64,000 nt of DNA from an uncultured Alphaproteobacteria bacterium (GTDB taxonomy: Bacteria; Pseudomonadota; Alphaproteobacteria; Rhodobacterales; Rhodobacteraceae), in the NCBI GenBank assembly GCA_963710515.1, contig CAVQAX010000026.1:36614-100613 (forward strand), read 5' to 3'. Shown in pieces: positions 27,834 through 37,880 of the stretch. The notes under the pieces were generated by a model. It saw nothing but the letters and a program-made list of their open reading frames with translations. It ran no database searches and was not told the origin of the DNA. The translations under genes were made by a program, and so were the position numbers. How positions within the stretch are numbered: the stretch's first letter is position 1; each line of letters begins with the position of its first letter.

Positions 27834-30220
27834 TCAGGCGGCGGCGCGCACCGCCACCTCGCGCTCCCAGCTTCCGCCGGGCCGGTAGCGGGCGGCGACC
27901 TTCCCGTCCTCGAGGGCGAAGAGGTGCAGCCAGCCATTGTCGAAGAGCGCCCGGACCTGCGGGTGCTTCTCCAGCACGCCGTCCATCGCCTCCGCCGGGG
28001 CCTCGATCATCACCGAGAGCCGGAGCGGCTCGTGCGCGAGCAGGTCGCCGTCATGCACCGCCTGCCAGGGCAGGCCGGCGCGCAGCCGCCCGCCATTGCC
28101 CTCGATCACGCCGAGACCGCCGACCACGTTGTGCAGGAGCTTGTTGCCGGCGCCGAACGTGTCGGGCGCGACGCTCGAGCCGTAATATTGCAGGCTGATC
28201 CAGCTCGCGACCACCACGGGCGCCGTGAGGATCAGTTCGAGCGTGCCGAAACCCGCATCCGCCTGCCAGTCGTAGGAATGCAGGAAGGCCCGCCCCCCGA
28301 GATCGCGGCCCTGGGTGGCGCTCCGGGGGGCGGCGATGAAGGCGGCGCAGCCCGCAAGGCCCCATTCGGGGCGGATCTCCGACCAGTCATGGGCGCGCCC
28401 CTCGATCGAGGCCGCCGAGGCGCCGGGAAGTCGCAGCGCGCGCTCGGTCCGCGCCCGCGCGCCGGCCTTCGCGAGCCAGGTCCGGGCATGGGCCAGGTCG
28501 GCGGTATGCGCCGGGGCGGGGCTGTCGGTCCAGAGCGTGATCCGGTCGGTGGTGGTGTCGTGCAGCCCGGCGACGAAATGCGTGTCCTCGGGCAGCGCGA
28601 GGCCGTGGGCGGCGAGGCCGGCGCGGGCTTCGGGATCGTTGAGGATCTGCGCCAGCAGCCGCGCCGAGACCTCGCCGGTCTGCCCGCCGCAGGCCCCGCA
28701 ATGATACGCACTCTCATGCGGGTTGTTGGTGACCTGCGCGCCGTGGCCGAGCAGCAGCACAAGCCGCGCATGACCTTCGGTCATCGACATCGCCTTGAGC
28801 ACCGCCGCCGCCGTCGCCGCCTTGTCGGCCGCCGAGAGCGGCACGTCGAGCGCAGGCGCCGGGGCAGGGGCCGGTGCCGGTGCGAGACCCAGCGCGTCGC
28901 GCACCAGCTTGCCGGCATAGAACGGCCCGGCCGCCTCGACGAAGGCGAAGGACGAGACCGCCGCCTGCCGGAACCGCCCGAAGGCGCGCACCGCCCGCGC
29001 CCTGATCCGCGCATCGGCCTCTTCGGCCTCCGACCCTGCGGCGGACGAGGTCATGCCGGGGTTCAGCAGCACCGGCAGATGGGCCGCGACGATGTCGGAG
29101 GCGAAGTCCCGGTGCGCCATCGGCAGGCCGAAGAAGCCGGCGAATCCGATCGTCTCGATCCCCGGATCGAGGCTCTCGAGCGCCCGGCGGAACACTTCCG
29201 ACCGCACGTCGATGCAGAAGGCGGCCTGCAGCGCGGGCCGGGTCGTCGCGGCCTGCGGTGCGGGTGCGGCCAGCAGGCCCGCGATCCGGCGCTGATGGGC
29301 GCGCTCGGCGGCCTCCTGCAGGATCGCGTCCACCACCTCGGTCGGCACCCGGCTCGATCGGCGCGGCGATGCTCGACGACGGTGCGGTCCCAGGCCGCGG
29401 CGATGCTCTCGCGCGCCGAGAGCCAGAGCGCCTCTTCCCAGACCAGCCGGATCGCCAGCAGGTCGGTCAGCGTCGCATCGGTGCCACCGGCAAGCTCGGC
29501 CTGCCAGAGCAGCCAGCGCGCATGCTGCGACCAGCCGCCGAGATCCATCAGCAGCCGGTGAAAGGCGGTCTCGGCGGCGTCCGCATCGAGGCCGAGGGTC
29601 TCGGCGGCGCGGAACATCGCGCGCTCGGGCGTGTCGGGGCAGGCGGCGACATGGGCGCAGAAGCCGGTCAGCCCGGCGATCTCGGGCGTGAGGTCGCGGC
29701 TCGCCCAGGCCCGCCAGGCGACGAAGGCGCCCTGATCGGGCTCGGCGGTCCAGAGCGCCTGTCCGCGGTCGAAATAGCCCGCGGCCCAGAGGCCGAAGCT
29801 GCGCGCGATCACGTCGGGCCAGGCGATGCCCTGGGCCTCCGCGGCGAGATCGGCGATCGTCGGCAGGGCCTTGGGGGCCGGCACGTCCTGTTCGGCCGCC
29901 GCCTTCAGCGCCGCGAGATCGGCGGGCCGCAGCGGCGACGCGCAGGCCGCGAGGGCTGCTTCCAGATCCGCATCCTCGATCTCGCCCGCGACGATGCGGT
30001 CGGAGAAGGCCGCGCGCGGCAGGGTCAGCCGCGCGCCGGCGACCCGGCCCAGCCGGGCGGCGGTCGTCGCGAGATCCGCCCCGGTCTGGCCGAGGAAGGG
30101 ATTGACCGCGACCGTCGCTTCGAGCGGGAAGGCCGGCGGGATGGCCCGTGCGGCGGCTTCGGCGGCGGAGAGCAGGCCCGCGGCGCTGTCGGGCGAAATC
30201 TGGCTGTGCTTGAGAAACAT
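27834..30220 (-). pseudogene. dabA: DabA (DUF2309) subunit of the DAB inorganic-carbon pump, one frame break near 29357
   Basis: The N-terminal ~290 aa lie in track ORF 29063..30232 (ATG at 30220, 7 nt after GGAG). The rest lies in the frame of ORF 27834..31838. The beta-CA-like ligand motifs FCIDVRSE and [12 protein letters not shown] are present. The span is 2387 nt, which is 2 mod 3. Confidence 0.8.
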
Positions 30221-30235
30221 CGGGATCTCCACGGA

Positions 30236-31789
30236 TCAGAGGGTATTCTGGGTGCGAAAGCCGCCGATCATCCGATCGAGGATCGCGTTGAAATAGAGGC
30301 CGTTCGCGAGATGGACGCGCAGGCCGGCGGTCGCCGGATGGTGCGCCCAGTGCGGGAACAGCGCCTGGGCAATGGCCACCGTGCCGAAGGAGGCGAGGGC
30401 GAGCAGGATCAGCGCCCATTCCAGCGCGCCGGGGACCGGTGCTGCCGGCAGCGCGCTGCCCGCCAGCGCCTGGGCGATGGCCTGGAAGCCGAAATAGGCC
30501 AGCGCGGCCGCCCCCGAGGCGATCAGCGTGCGCCGGGTCAGGTCGCGCGGCGCCGCATCGGCGAGACCCTGGGCCACCAGATAGGCGACACCGAAGATCA
30601 GGATCGCGCCGAGCGCCAGCGCCTGGGCGGATTTGGGCTCGAAGAGCAGGCCGAAGCCGGCCGCGACGAGGGCATAGAGCACCAGCGCGAGCGCGAAGGC
30701 CTGCAGCACGGCGCGCAGTCCGGGTGTCGCGACCGGTCCCGGCTTGCGCGCGGTGAGCACCGCGCCGACCGCACCGCCGGAGCTGAGGAAGGCATGGGCC
30801 TTGTAGAGCGCATGGGCGACGATATGCAGGAGCGCCAGCGCCCAGAGGCCGAGGCCGCATTGCAGGATCATGAAACCCATCTGCGCCACGGTCGACCAGG
30901 CGAGCGCCGTCTTCACCGCACTCTGGGTGAGCATGACCACCGCGCCGAAGAGCGCGGTCAGCCCGCCCACCATCACGAGGGCCGCCATCGCGCCGGGGCT
31001 CGCCTGCACCGGATCGGCGAAGCGCAGCAGGAGCACGCCCCCGGCATTGATGATGCCGGCATGCAGGAGCGCGGAGACCGGGGTCGGCGCCTCCATGACT
31101 TCCGTCAGCCAGCCATGCAGCGGCAGCGTCGCGGTCTTGAGGAGGGCGGCGAGCACGAGGAAGCCGACGGCGGCATGGCCGGCGGGCGAGAGGCCCTCCG
31201 CGCGGGCGGCGTCGTTTATGGCAGCGATATCCGCGGTGCCGAAGCCCGCCCAGAAGAACAGCGCCGCGACGAGAAGCGCGAGATCGCCCGCGCCCCAGAC
31301 CAGCGAGAACTTCGTCGCGGCCCGGCGCGCCTCCGGCCGGCTCGCGTAGAACAGCAGAAGCTGCCGCAGCCCGAGGCCGACCGCGACGAAGGCGAGGATC
31401 AGGACCGCGAGGCTCCCGGCCTGCACCAGCAGCAGCACGGCGGCGATGGTGGCCAGCAGAAGTCCGTGGAAGGCCCCCTCGCGCGCCTCGCCGTCGAGAT
31501 AGGTGCGCGCGTAGCGCACGACGATCCAGCCGATGAAGGCGACCAGAAGCGCCATGACCGCGCTGATCAGATCGAGCCGGAGAGCCATGAGCGCCCCGCC
31601 ACCACCGATGGAATAGGTGTGGGCACCGCCCAGCGCGAACTGGACCAGGCCGCCGAAGGCGAGCAGGAGCGCTCCCAGCGTCGCCATCTCGGCGAGGCGG
31701 GGCCGGGAGCCGGGACGGCGGCCGGGGGATCCTGCGAACAGGGCCGCGGCGGCGAGAAGCAGGACGGGGGCGAGGGCGGCAATGGGCAT
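30236..31789 (-). CDS. dabB: DabB, NuoL/Mrp-antiporter-like proton-conducting membrane subunit
   Basis: 517 aa, polytopic, with PF00361-like core ([33 protein letters not shown]). It lies immediately upstream of dabA. Confidence 0.82.
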   Translation of the reverse strand: MPIAALAPVLLLAAAALFAGSPGRRPGSRPRLAEMATLGALLLAFGGLVQFALGGAHTYSIGGGGALMALRLDLISAVMALLVAFIGWIVVRYARTYLDGEAREGAFHGLLLATIAAVLLLVQAGSLAVLILAFVAVGLGLRQLLLFYASRPEARRAATKFSLVWGAGDLALLVAALFFWAGFGTADIAAINDAARAEGLSPAGHAAVGFLVLAALLKTATLPLHGWLTEVMEAPTPVSALLHAGIINAGGVLLLRFADPVQASPGAMAALVMVGGLTALFGAVVMLTQSAVKTALAWSTVAQMGFMILQCGLGLWALALLHIVAHALYKAHAFLSSGGAVGAVLTARKPGPVATPGLRAVLQAFALALVLYALVAAGFGLLFEPKSAQALALGAILIFGVAYLVAQGLADAAPRDLTRRTLIASGAAALAYFGFQAIAQALAGSALPAAPVPGALEWALILLALASFGTVAIAQALFPHWAHHPATAGLRVHLANGLYFNAILDRMIGGFRTQNTL

Positions 31790-31887
31790 GGCGGTCTCCT
31801 GTCACGAGCGGGTCGTCGGGGGATACCGGATCGCGCACATCCAGAAAATTAGATTGTTTGGACCGTTCCGTTCTGTTTAATGGAAGT
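31790..31887. promoter_or_regulatory. divergent dabB / LysR promoter region with AT-rich core
   Basis: 98-nt gap. AAAATTAGATTGTTTGGACCGTTCCGTTCTGTTTAATGG is the only AT-rich segment and has ATTA...TAAT ends. Confidence 0.3.
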
Positions 31888-32766
31888 ATGGCCGTCCTGA
31901 ACCTGCATCACCTGCGTCTCTTCCGCGCCGTCGCCCATGACGGCACGCTGACCGGCGCCGCGCGCCGGCTGAACCTCTCGCAATCGGCGCTCTCGACGCA
32001 GCTGCGCACCCTCGAGGCGACGCTCGGGCATGATCTCTTCCTGCGCGAGGGGCGGGGGCTCACGCTCACCGAGGCCGGGCGCATCGCCCTCGACCATGCC
32101 GACGCGATCTTCCGCACCGCCGAGGATCTCTCCGCGACGCTGCGCGAGGCCGGCCAGGTGCGCCGTGCGTTGCGAGTCGGGGCGCTCGCCACCTTGTCGC
32201 GCAACTTCCAGATGGCCTTCCTGCGGCCGGTGCTCGGGCGGGGCGATGTCGAGGTGATCCTGCGCTCGGGCAGCCAGGCGGAGCTCCTGCGCGGGCTCGA
32301 CGCGCTCGCGCTCGACGTGGTGCTGACCAATCTCGCGCCGCCGCGCGATGCCGCGAGCGCCTATCTCACCCACCGGCTGAACCGCCAGTCGGTCAGCCTC
32401 GTGGGCACCCCGGACCGGGTTGCCGCCCCGGCGCCGCTCGCGCGACTGCTGGCAGAGCATCCGCTGATCCTGCCCACGCAGGAGACCACGATGCGCGGCG
32501 CCTTCGACGCGCTGACCGCCCGGCTCGGGATCGTGCCGGCGATCGCGGCGGAGGTCGACGACATGGCGATGATCCGGCTTCTGGCGCGCGACGGTGCCGG
32601 CCTCGCGGTGGTGCCGCCGATCGTGGTGCAGGACGAGCTGTCGTCGGGGATCTTGATCGAACTTGCGCAGCTTCCGGACATCGAGGAGACGTTCCTCGCC
32701 GTCACGCTGCAGCGCCGCTTTCCCAACCCGCTTCTGCGCGATCTCCTGACCGCCGCCACCCGGTGA
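31888..32766 (+). CDS. LysR-family regulator (NhaR-like), divergent from dabBA
   Basis: ATG at 31888 follows [55 protein letters not shown]. Confidence 0.88.
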   Translation: MAVLNLHHLRLFRAVAHDGTLTGAARRLNLSQSALSTQLRTLEATLGHDLFLREGRGLTLTEAGRIALDHADAIFRTAEDLSATLREAGQVRRALRVGALATLSRNFQMAFLRPVLGRGDVEVILRSGSQAELLRGLDALALDVVLTNLAPPRDAASAYLTHRLNRQSVSLVGTPDRVAAPAPLARLLAEHPLILPTQETTMRGAFDALTARLGIVPAIAAEVDDMAMIRLLARDGAGLAVVPPIVVQDELSSGILIELAQLPDIEETFLAVTLQRRFPNPLLRDLLTAATR

Positions 32767-32905
32767 TCCAGGGAGGATTTCAGCCTGCCGACGCCCCGTC
32801 CCGACACACCGGGTCACGCAATTCTTAACGATTGGTTTACCATGCCGGCGCTAGGATAGCAGCACAGGCAACGCGACCGAGCAGACTTCCTCAGAAGTTC
32901 GAACT

Positions 32906-32931
32906 GGAGGGGCTCAGGCCCCTCCATTTTT
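32906..32931 (+). terminator. intrinsic terminator (8-bp GC stem + T-run) between convergent LysR and osmC genes
   Basis: GGAGGGGC-TCAG-GCCCCTCC is followed by ATTTTTCT on the plus strand. On the minus strand the same stem is followed by AGTTCGAACTTCTG. Confidence 0.7.
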
Positions 32932-32947
32932 CTGTAAGCCCAGGGGC

Positions 32948-33373
32948 TCAGCCCTCGAGCGCCGCATCCATCGTGATCTCGGCATTCAGCACCCGCGAGA
33001 CCGGGCAACCCGCCTTGGCGGTCTCGGCCGCCTTGGCGAAGGCCTCGGCATCGGCACCCGGAACCTTCGCGCGCACCTCGAGATGCACGCCCTTGATCTC
33101 GAAGCCGCCGTCCACCGGGACGATATCCACCGTGGCTGTCGTGCGAATCTCGTCCGCCGTCAGGTCGGCGGCGTTCAGGAACCCCGACAGCGCCATCGAG
33201 TAGCAGGCCGCATGGGCCGCCCCGATCAGCTCCTCGGGATTGGTGCCGGCCTCCTCGCCGAAGCGCTTGGCAAAGCTGTAGGACGTGGCGTCGAGCACAC
33301 CGCTTTCGGTGGAGACGGTGCCGCCTCCGGTCTTGATGGCGCCGTTCCAGATAGCCGATCCGCTGCGCTTCAT
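32948..33373 (-). CDS. osmC: OsmC/Ohr-family peroxiredoxin
   Basis: ATG at 33373 follows AGGAGGA. 141 aa with the two conserved Cys contexts AAHAACYSMAL and AGCPVSRVL. Confidence 0.88.
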   Translation of the reverse strand: MKRSGSAIWNGAIKTGGGTVSTESGVLDATSYSFAKRFGEEAGTNPEELIGAAHAACYSMALSGFLNAADLTADEIRTTATVDIVPVDGGFEIKGVHLEVRAKVPGADAEAFAKAAETAKAGCPVSRVLNAEITMDAALEG

Positions 33374-33460
33374 GATGCTTCCTCCTGAATTCCCGCGCCC
33401 CGGTTCGGGCGCCCCGTTCCTCACATAGCCCCCCGGGCGTCGGGGATCGAGTCCCCGCCG

Positions 33461-34147
33461 TCAGGAAACCGGACGCCGGGGCCGCGAAAACACCATCTTC
33501 TGCCCGCCGAGGGCTTCGGGATCCCCCTGCCAGGCATAGGCCAGCAGGCAGGGCGAGAATTCCGAGATCGTGATCCGGTGGGTATGGCCCGGCGGATTGT
33601 AGATCAGCGAGCCCGGCGCGAAGACCCCCTGGTTGTTCTCCGACATCGCCCCCGAAAGGCAGACATAGCTCTCGGCGATGCCGTCATGGGCATGGGCCGG
33701 GTAGATGCAGCGCGGCGCGAAGAGCACGATGCCGAGGATCACCCGATCGGTCAGCACCGGGCCGTTGGGTCCGGCGAATTCCGCGAAGCCGTAGCGCGCG
33801 GCGAGCCCCTTCGGGACCTTCTCGTAGCCGTATTGCCAGGTCAGTTGCGGCGCGATCGCCTCGATCGCCCGGATGAAGCTTGGGCTGCGCTCGAGCTTGC
33901 CCTCGTCGAGGGCGCGGCGCAGATGGCGGGTAACCGGCAGGTCCTGGGGCCGTGGCGGCGCCATCACCGGATCGTCGCGCACGATTCCCGCGATACTCGC
34001 CCGCACAGCGCGCTGATGCGCCCGGATCGGCGCCGATCCTCCGGATTTGAGCAGACGGTAGTGATCCTCGAATTCCCGCAGCAGGTACCCCCAGTCTGGG
34101 CTCTCCGAAAGCCGGATTGCGGGGGTGACGGTGGTCTGGTTGGTCAT
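33461..34147 (-). CDS. dddL: cupin protein, DddL-like (putative DMSP lyase family)
   Basis: 228 aa (the last part of track ORF 33461..35461). The cupin metal motif is YPAHAHDGIAESY (HxH-x4-E-x-Y) with a second His in NPPGHTHRI. The N-terminal PDWGYLLREF and ...LLAYAW resemble DddL as recalled. The start overlaps the upstream stop (ATGA). Confidence 0.6.
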   Translation of the reverse strand: MTNQTTVTPAIRLSESPDWGYLLREFEDHYRLLKSGGSAPIRAHQRAVRASIAGIVRDDPVMAPPRPQDLPVTRHLRRALDEGKLERSPSFIRAIEAIAPQLTWQYGYEKVPKGLAARYGFAEFAGPNGPVLTDRVILGIVLFAPRCIYPAHAHDGIAESYVCLSGAMSENNQGVFAPGSLIYNPPGHTHRITISEFSPCLLAYAWQGDPEALGGQKMVFSRPRRPVS

Positions 34148-34792
34148 GGATCGGCAGGCTCCGGCCAGGATGCAAGACGCGCGACGAGCACCATCGCCAG
34201 CACGGCGCCCAGCGCGTTGAAGCACAGGTCGAGCGCGGTGTTGATATAGCCGCCCACATTGGTGTCCGGAACCAGCAAAACGGCGGTGAACTCGATGATC
34301 TCGTTCACCGCCCCGAGCCCCATCGCGGCCAGTGCGGGAAAGACCAGGATCGCCTTGCTGCCGCGCAAGGACGGGTGAAACCGCGCGAGCAGATGCCACA
34401 GCACCCAGGCGGTGACACCGAAGCCGTAGGCATGCACGATCTGGTCGTATTTCAGGATGGTCATCTCGCCGGTCGCGATCACCGGAAAGACCGGCATCGA
34501 ATAAAGCACGCCGTCGCCGACCGGCACGCCGCCCCCGGCCATATGCGCGAGCCCCCAGAGCGACAGCGCCCAGAGCATGGCCGGCGGATAGGCGGCGCGC
34601 GCGCAGGCTGCGCGCGATCAGCCAGATCAGCACCGCCATCGTCACCACGTAGACGATGAACTCGAAATTGCCGCGCAAGAGGAACCAGGCGGTGAAGAGC
34701 CCGACATAGCCCAGCGTGAACACCGCCACCGCCTTCTCCTGCGGCGCGAGGCGCGACCAGAAGCCCGGCGCGGACCCGTCTCCGGAGCTCAC
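34144..34792 (-). pseudogene. polytopic (about 6 TM) membrane protein, DUF2238-like?, one frame break near 34590-34604
   Basis: The GTG at 34792 overlaps the cytochrome c stop (GTGA). The N-terminal part ([38 protein letters not shown]...MAVLIWLIARSLRA) lies in the frame of ORF 33461..35461. The C-terminal part is track ORF 34144..34578. The span is 649 nt, which is 1 mod 3, and the break is in a gcgcgcgcgc run. Confidence 0.6.
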
Positions 34793-35217
34793 TGCTGGAT
34801 CGATTGCAGATAGAGCACGAGTTCCAGCACCCGCGCCCGGGCCAGCTGCTCGGAATTGCCGATGGCGTAGGAATACCAGTTCTCCGAGACATGGCTGTGC
34901 ACGAACCGGTTGCCGAAGACCGGCATCGGGCTGCCATGCGCCCGGATTTCCTGCCGCCCGTCGACGATCTGCATGATCTCCTCGGTCGGGAACACTCCAT
35001 CGTTGCGTGCAGCGATTCCCGTGAGGTCCGGAACCGGTTCGCGGAACAGCTCCGCCATCGGGCCGTCGCCCGCGGCGGTCTCGCCGTGACAGGCCGCACA
35101 GGCGGCGAGGTATTCCTCCCGCCCGGCGGCGAAATCCTCCGCCTCGGCCCGTCCCGGCGCCAGAAGGCTCGCCAGCAGGCAGCCGGCGAGAAGGGGTGCA
35201 AATCGGGGCTTCGCCAT
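34789..35217 (-). CDS. periplasmic class I c-type cytochrome
   Basis: ATG at 35217 lies 6 nt after GGGAG. Signal peptide [26 protein letters not shown], haem motif CAACH and a distal MP ligand context HGSPMPVF. Confidence 0.85.
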   Translation of the reverse strand: MAKPRFAPLLAGCLLASLLAPGRAEAEDFAAGREEYLAACAACHGETAAGDGPMAELFREPVPDLTGIAARNDGVFPTEEIMQIVDGRQEIRAHGSPMPVFGNRFVHSHVSENWYSYAIGNSEQLARARVLELVLYLQSIQQ

Positions 35218-35324
35218 GTCGTGCTCCCGCAATGATGATGGACGCCCCAGATTTCGCCGGATATTGCAATGAGTCAATGAAAACCCCGGCGCACGGGATC
35301 GCCGGGACGAGGGGAGCGCGCGCC

Positions 35325-36000
35325 ATGAAGATCAATGCGGATTTCGACAAGAGGGTCGTGCTGCACGCCGACGAGATCGACTGGCGCGACTCGCCGATGC
35401 CCGGCGTCAGCCGCCGGCCGCTCGACCGCATCGGCGACGAGGTCGCCCGCGCCACCAGCATCGTCCGCTACGCGCCGGGCAGCCACTTCTCGGCCCATGT
35501 CCACGACGGCGGCGAGGAATTCATCGTGCTCGAGGGCGTGTTCCAGGACGAGCACGGCGATTACCCCGTGGGCTCCTATGTGCGCAATCCGCCGCGCTCC
35601 TCGCACACCCCCGGCTCGGAGCCGGGCTGCACGATCTTCGTCAAGCTCTGGCAGTTCGACCCCGAGGATGAGACCCATGTGCGCGCCCATATCGGCAAGA
35701 TGGGCGCCGTGTCCCGACGCCGACCGCCCCGGCGTCTCGGTGACACCGCTGCATCTCGACGACCGCGAAGAGGTCCGGGTGGACACGCTCGCGCCCGGAG
35801 CCGCGACGCGCTACGCCGTGCCGGGCGGGGCGGAGCTCTTCGTGCTGCACGGCACCGCCGCCGAGAGCGGCGACGAACTGCGCCCGCAATCCTGGGTCCG
35901 CGTGCCCCCCGGCGGCACGGTCGATCTCAAGGCCGGGGCAGGGGGCGCCAGCATCTGGGTCAAGACCGGGCACCTCAGCGATGTGCGCGCGCCCGGATAG
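35325..36000 (+). pseudogene. ChrR-type cupin (Cupin_7) protein without anti-sigma zinc motif, one frame break near 35712
   Basis: ATG at 35325 follows GGGGAG. The N-terminal half is in track ORF 35196..36092 ([33 protein letters not shown]...[16 protein letters not shown]). The C-terminal half is in ORF 35335..36000 ([30 protein letters not shown]...). The span is 676 nt, which is 1 mod 3. Confidence 0.6.
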
Positions 36001-36031
36001 GTCCGCCACGATCTCGCCCGAGCGCGGCACT

Positions 36032-36733
36032 CTACTCCAAAAAAGCCGAATGCCCGAAGAGATGCTCGCCCGAAATGGTTTCGCGAAGATAGGCGCAGGG
36101 ATCAGTCCGCGACTGCCAGAAGTGCCACGACTTCCGTGCAAAGACCAAGGGATCGAACCCGTAGATCACGGCATTCAGGTCGGCCTCCTCGACCGGAAGC
36201 GTCAAGCGCCTGACAGAGAGAAAGTCGGACCGGGCGTCATCTGGAAGTGCTGCAAGCTGAACGATTGCCGCTATGAATTCATGGGGAACAAGCCGATTGG
36301 TGGGCATGCCAAGCTCGATGATCGTGGCATGCGCGGTTTCATGTGCCACGATGCTGCGCCAGGCGTCGGAAGCCGGGACGATCCCGAAGAGGCCGCTGGG
36401 CCGTGCAGCAGTCTTGCAGCCCTCGAGACTGGCGATTCGCATTTCTCCAGAACTCCGGTTGTAGCTTCCGTGTGCCGGAGTCCCGCAGAATTCCAGCATG
36501 CCGGGGGCTACAGAGACACGTACCGGTTCAACCGGAGGCAGGCCGCACGCTGAAAACAGGTTCGCGGCTCGCTCGACGCCTTCGCAGGCCAGCAGGTTCT
36601 CTTCGGACGTTCCGTTCACGATAACGGCCTGTCCATGACCGCAGGCGAATTCGCCATCGGCGCCGGCAGACAGGTCTGGAACGAGAAGGGCGATGCCGGC
36701 AATCACGCAGAAGCGAACTGTACGGCGAAACAC
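36032..36733 (-). CDS. secreted Cys-rich hypothetical protein with HExxH motif (putative metallopeptidase-like)
   Basis: 233 aa. Signal-like [25 protein letters not shown], the motif [11 protein letters not shown] and at least 6 Cys. Codon usage and G+C are visibly lower than in neighbouring genes. The start lies 5 nt after the moaA stop. Confidence 0.55.
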   Translation of the reverse strand: MFRRTVRFCVIAGIALLVPDLSAGADGEFACGHGQAVIVNGTSEENLLACEGVERAANLFSACGLPPVEPVRVSVAPGMLEFCGTPAHGSYNRSSGEMRIASLEGCKTAARPSGLFGIVPASDAWRSIVAHETAHATIIELGMPTNRLVPHEFIAAIVQLAALPDDARSDFLSVRRLTLPVEEADLNAVIYGFDPLVFARKSWHFWQSRTDPCAYLRETISGEHLFGHSAFLE

Positions 36734-36737
36734 GGGC

Positions 36738-37751
36738 TCACCCGCCGGTATGGCTCATGTGCCGGCTGACCTGACCCGCGACGCTCTGGCGGGAATAGTC
36801 GAAATCGTGGCCCTTGGGCTTGCGGAGGATCGCGGCGCGTATCGCCTCGACCAGCGGCGCGTCGCTCTCGGGATGCTCGCGCAACGGCGTGCGCAGATCG
36901 GCGTCGTCCTCCTGCCCGAGGCACATGAAGAGCTCGCCGGTGCAGGTCAGCCGCACCCGGTTGCAGCTCTCGCAGAAATTATGCGTCAGCGGCGTGATGA
37001 AGCCGACCCGCCCGCCGGTCTCGCCCACCCGCACATAACGCGCCGGCCCGCCGGTGCGGTCCGCAGTATCGGTCAGCGTCCAGCGCGTCTCGAGATCGGC
37101 GCGCAACTGCTTCAGCGAATAATACTGGTCCAGCCGGTCCTCGTTGCCGAGATCGCCCATCGGCATCACCTCGATGAAGGTCAGGTCATGCCCGCGCGCC
37201 CCGCACCACTCGACCAGCGTGTGGATCTCGTCGTCGTTCACGCCCTTGAGCGCCACCGCGTTGATCTTCACCTTCAGTCCGGCCTCGGTGGCCGCGTCGA
37301 TGCCGTCCATCACCTGCGCGAACCGCCCCCAGCGGGTGATCGCCTTGAACCGGTCCGCATCGAGCGTGTCGAGCGAGACATTCACCCGCCGCACCCCGCA
37401 CTCCGCGAGTTCCCCGGCAAAGCGCCGCAGCTGGCTCCCGTTGGTGGTCAGCGTCAGCTCCTTGAGCGCCCCGCTCTCGAGATGCCGCGACATCGCCCGG
37501 AAGAACGTCATGATCCCCTTGCGCACCAAGGGCTCGCCGCCGGTGATCCTGAGCTTCTCGACCCCGAGTCCGACGAAGGCCGTGCAGAGCCGGTCGAGCT
37601 CCTCGAGCGTCAGCAGCTCCTTCTTGGGCAGGAACTCCATGTGCTCCGACATGCAGTAGACGCAGCGGAAATCGCAGCGATCGGTCACGGAGACCCGCAG
37701 ATAGGTGATATCGCGCGCGAACGGGTCGGTGAGGCGGGGCATGTCGGTCAA
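36738..37751 (-). CDS. moaA: GTP 3',8-cyclase (molybdenum cofactor biosynthesis protein A)
   Basis: 337 aa. Radical-SAM motif [18 protein letters not shown] and C-terminal cluster [14 protein letters not shown]...GG. TTG start at 37751 lies 7 nt after GGAGAG, with an alternative ATG at 37742. Confidence 0.93.
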   Translation of the reverse strand: MTDMPRLTDPFARDITYLRVSVTDRCDFRCVYCMSEHMEFLPKKELLTLEELDRLCTAFVGLGVEKLRITGGEPLVRKGIMTFFRAMSRHLESGALKELTLTTNGSQLRRFAGELAECGVRRVNVSLDTLDADRFKAITRWGRFAQVMDGIDAATEAGLKVKINAVALKGVNDDEIHTLVEWCGARGHDLTFIEVMPMGDLGNEDRLDQYYSLKQLRADLETRWTLTDTADRTGGPARYVRVGETGGRVGFITPLTHNFCESCNRVRLTCTGELFMCLGQEDDADLRTPLREHPESDAPLVEAIRAAILRKPKGHDFDYSRQSVAGQVSRHMSHTGG

Positions 37752-37880
37752 GGCAAGGCTCTCCGGGTTGTCGCTTGAACGCTATGCCGAAATGCCCGAG
37801 TATTCAAGTCGGGCACTTCTCCGACGCGCCGTCCTCGGCGCATCGGTCCGCCCTGAACCGCGTGGCAATTGGACCGCGAC

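Noticed and set aside
23816-27937. 1373-aa minus-strand ORF
   Set aside because: It is antisense to the RND adaptor and AcrB-like genes and has the same Arg/Gly/Asp/His-rich shadow composition. No motif was recognised.
28851-28900. Short (Ala-Pro)n-encoding repeat in dabA, and a (GCC)6 run at 48478..48495 in the ABC exporter
   Set aside because: Both are in-frame low-complexity coding repeats ([11 protein letters not shown] and AAAAAAA linkers), which are common in high-GC genomes. There is no sign of phase-variation context.
27834-31838. 1334-aa ORF suggesting one giant protein
   Set aside because: Only the C-terminal ~500 aa (DabA) are protein-like. The upstream part is an out-of-frame read through the dabA N-terminus and the whole dabB gene, both of which are convincingly encoded in other frames.
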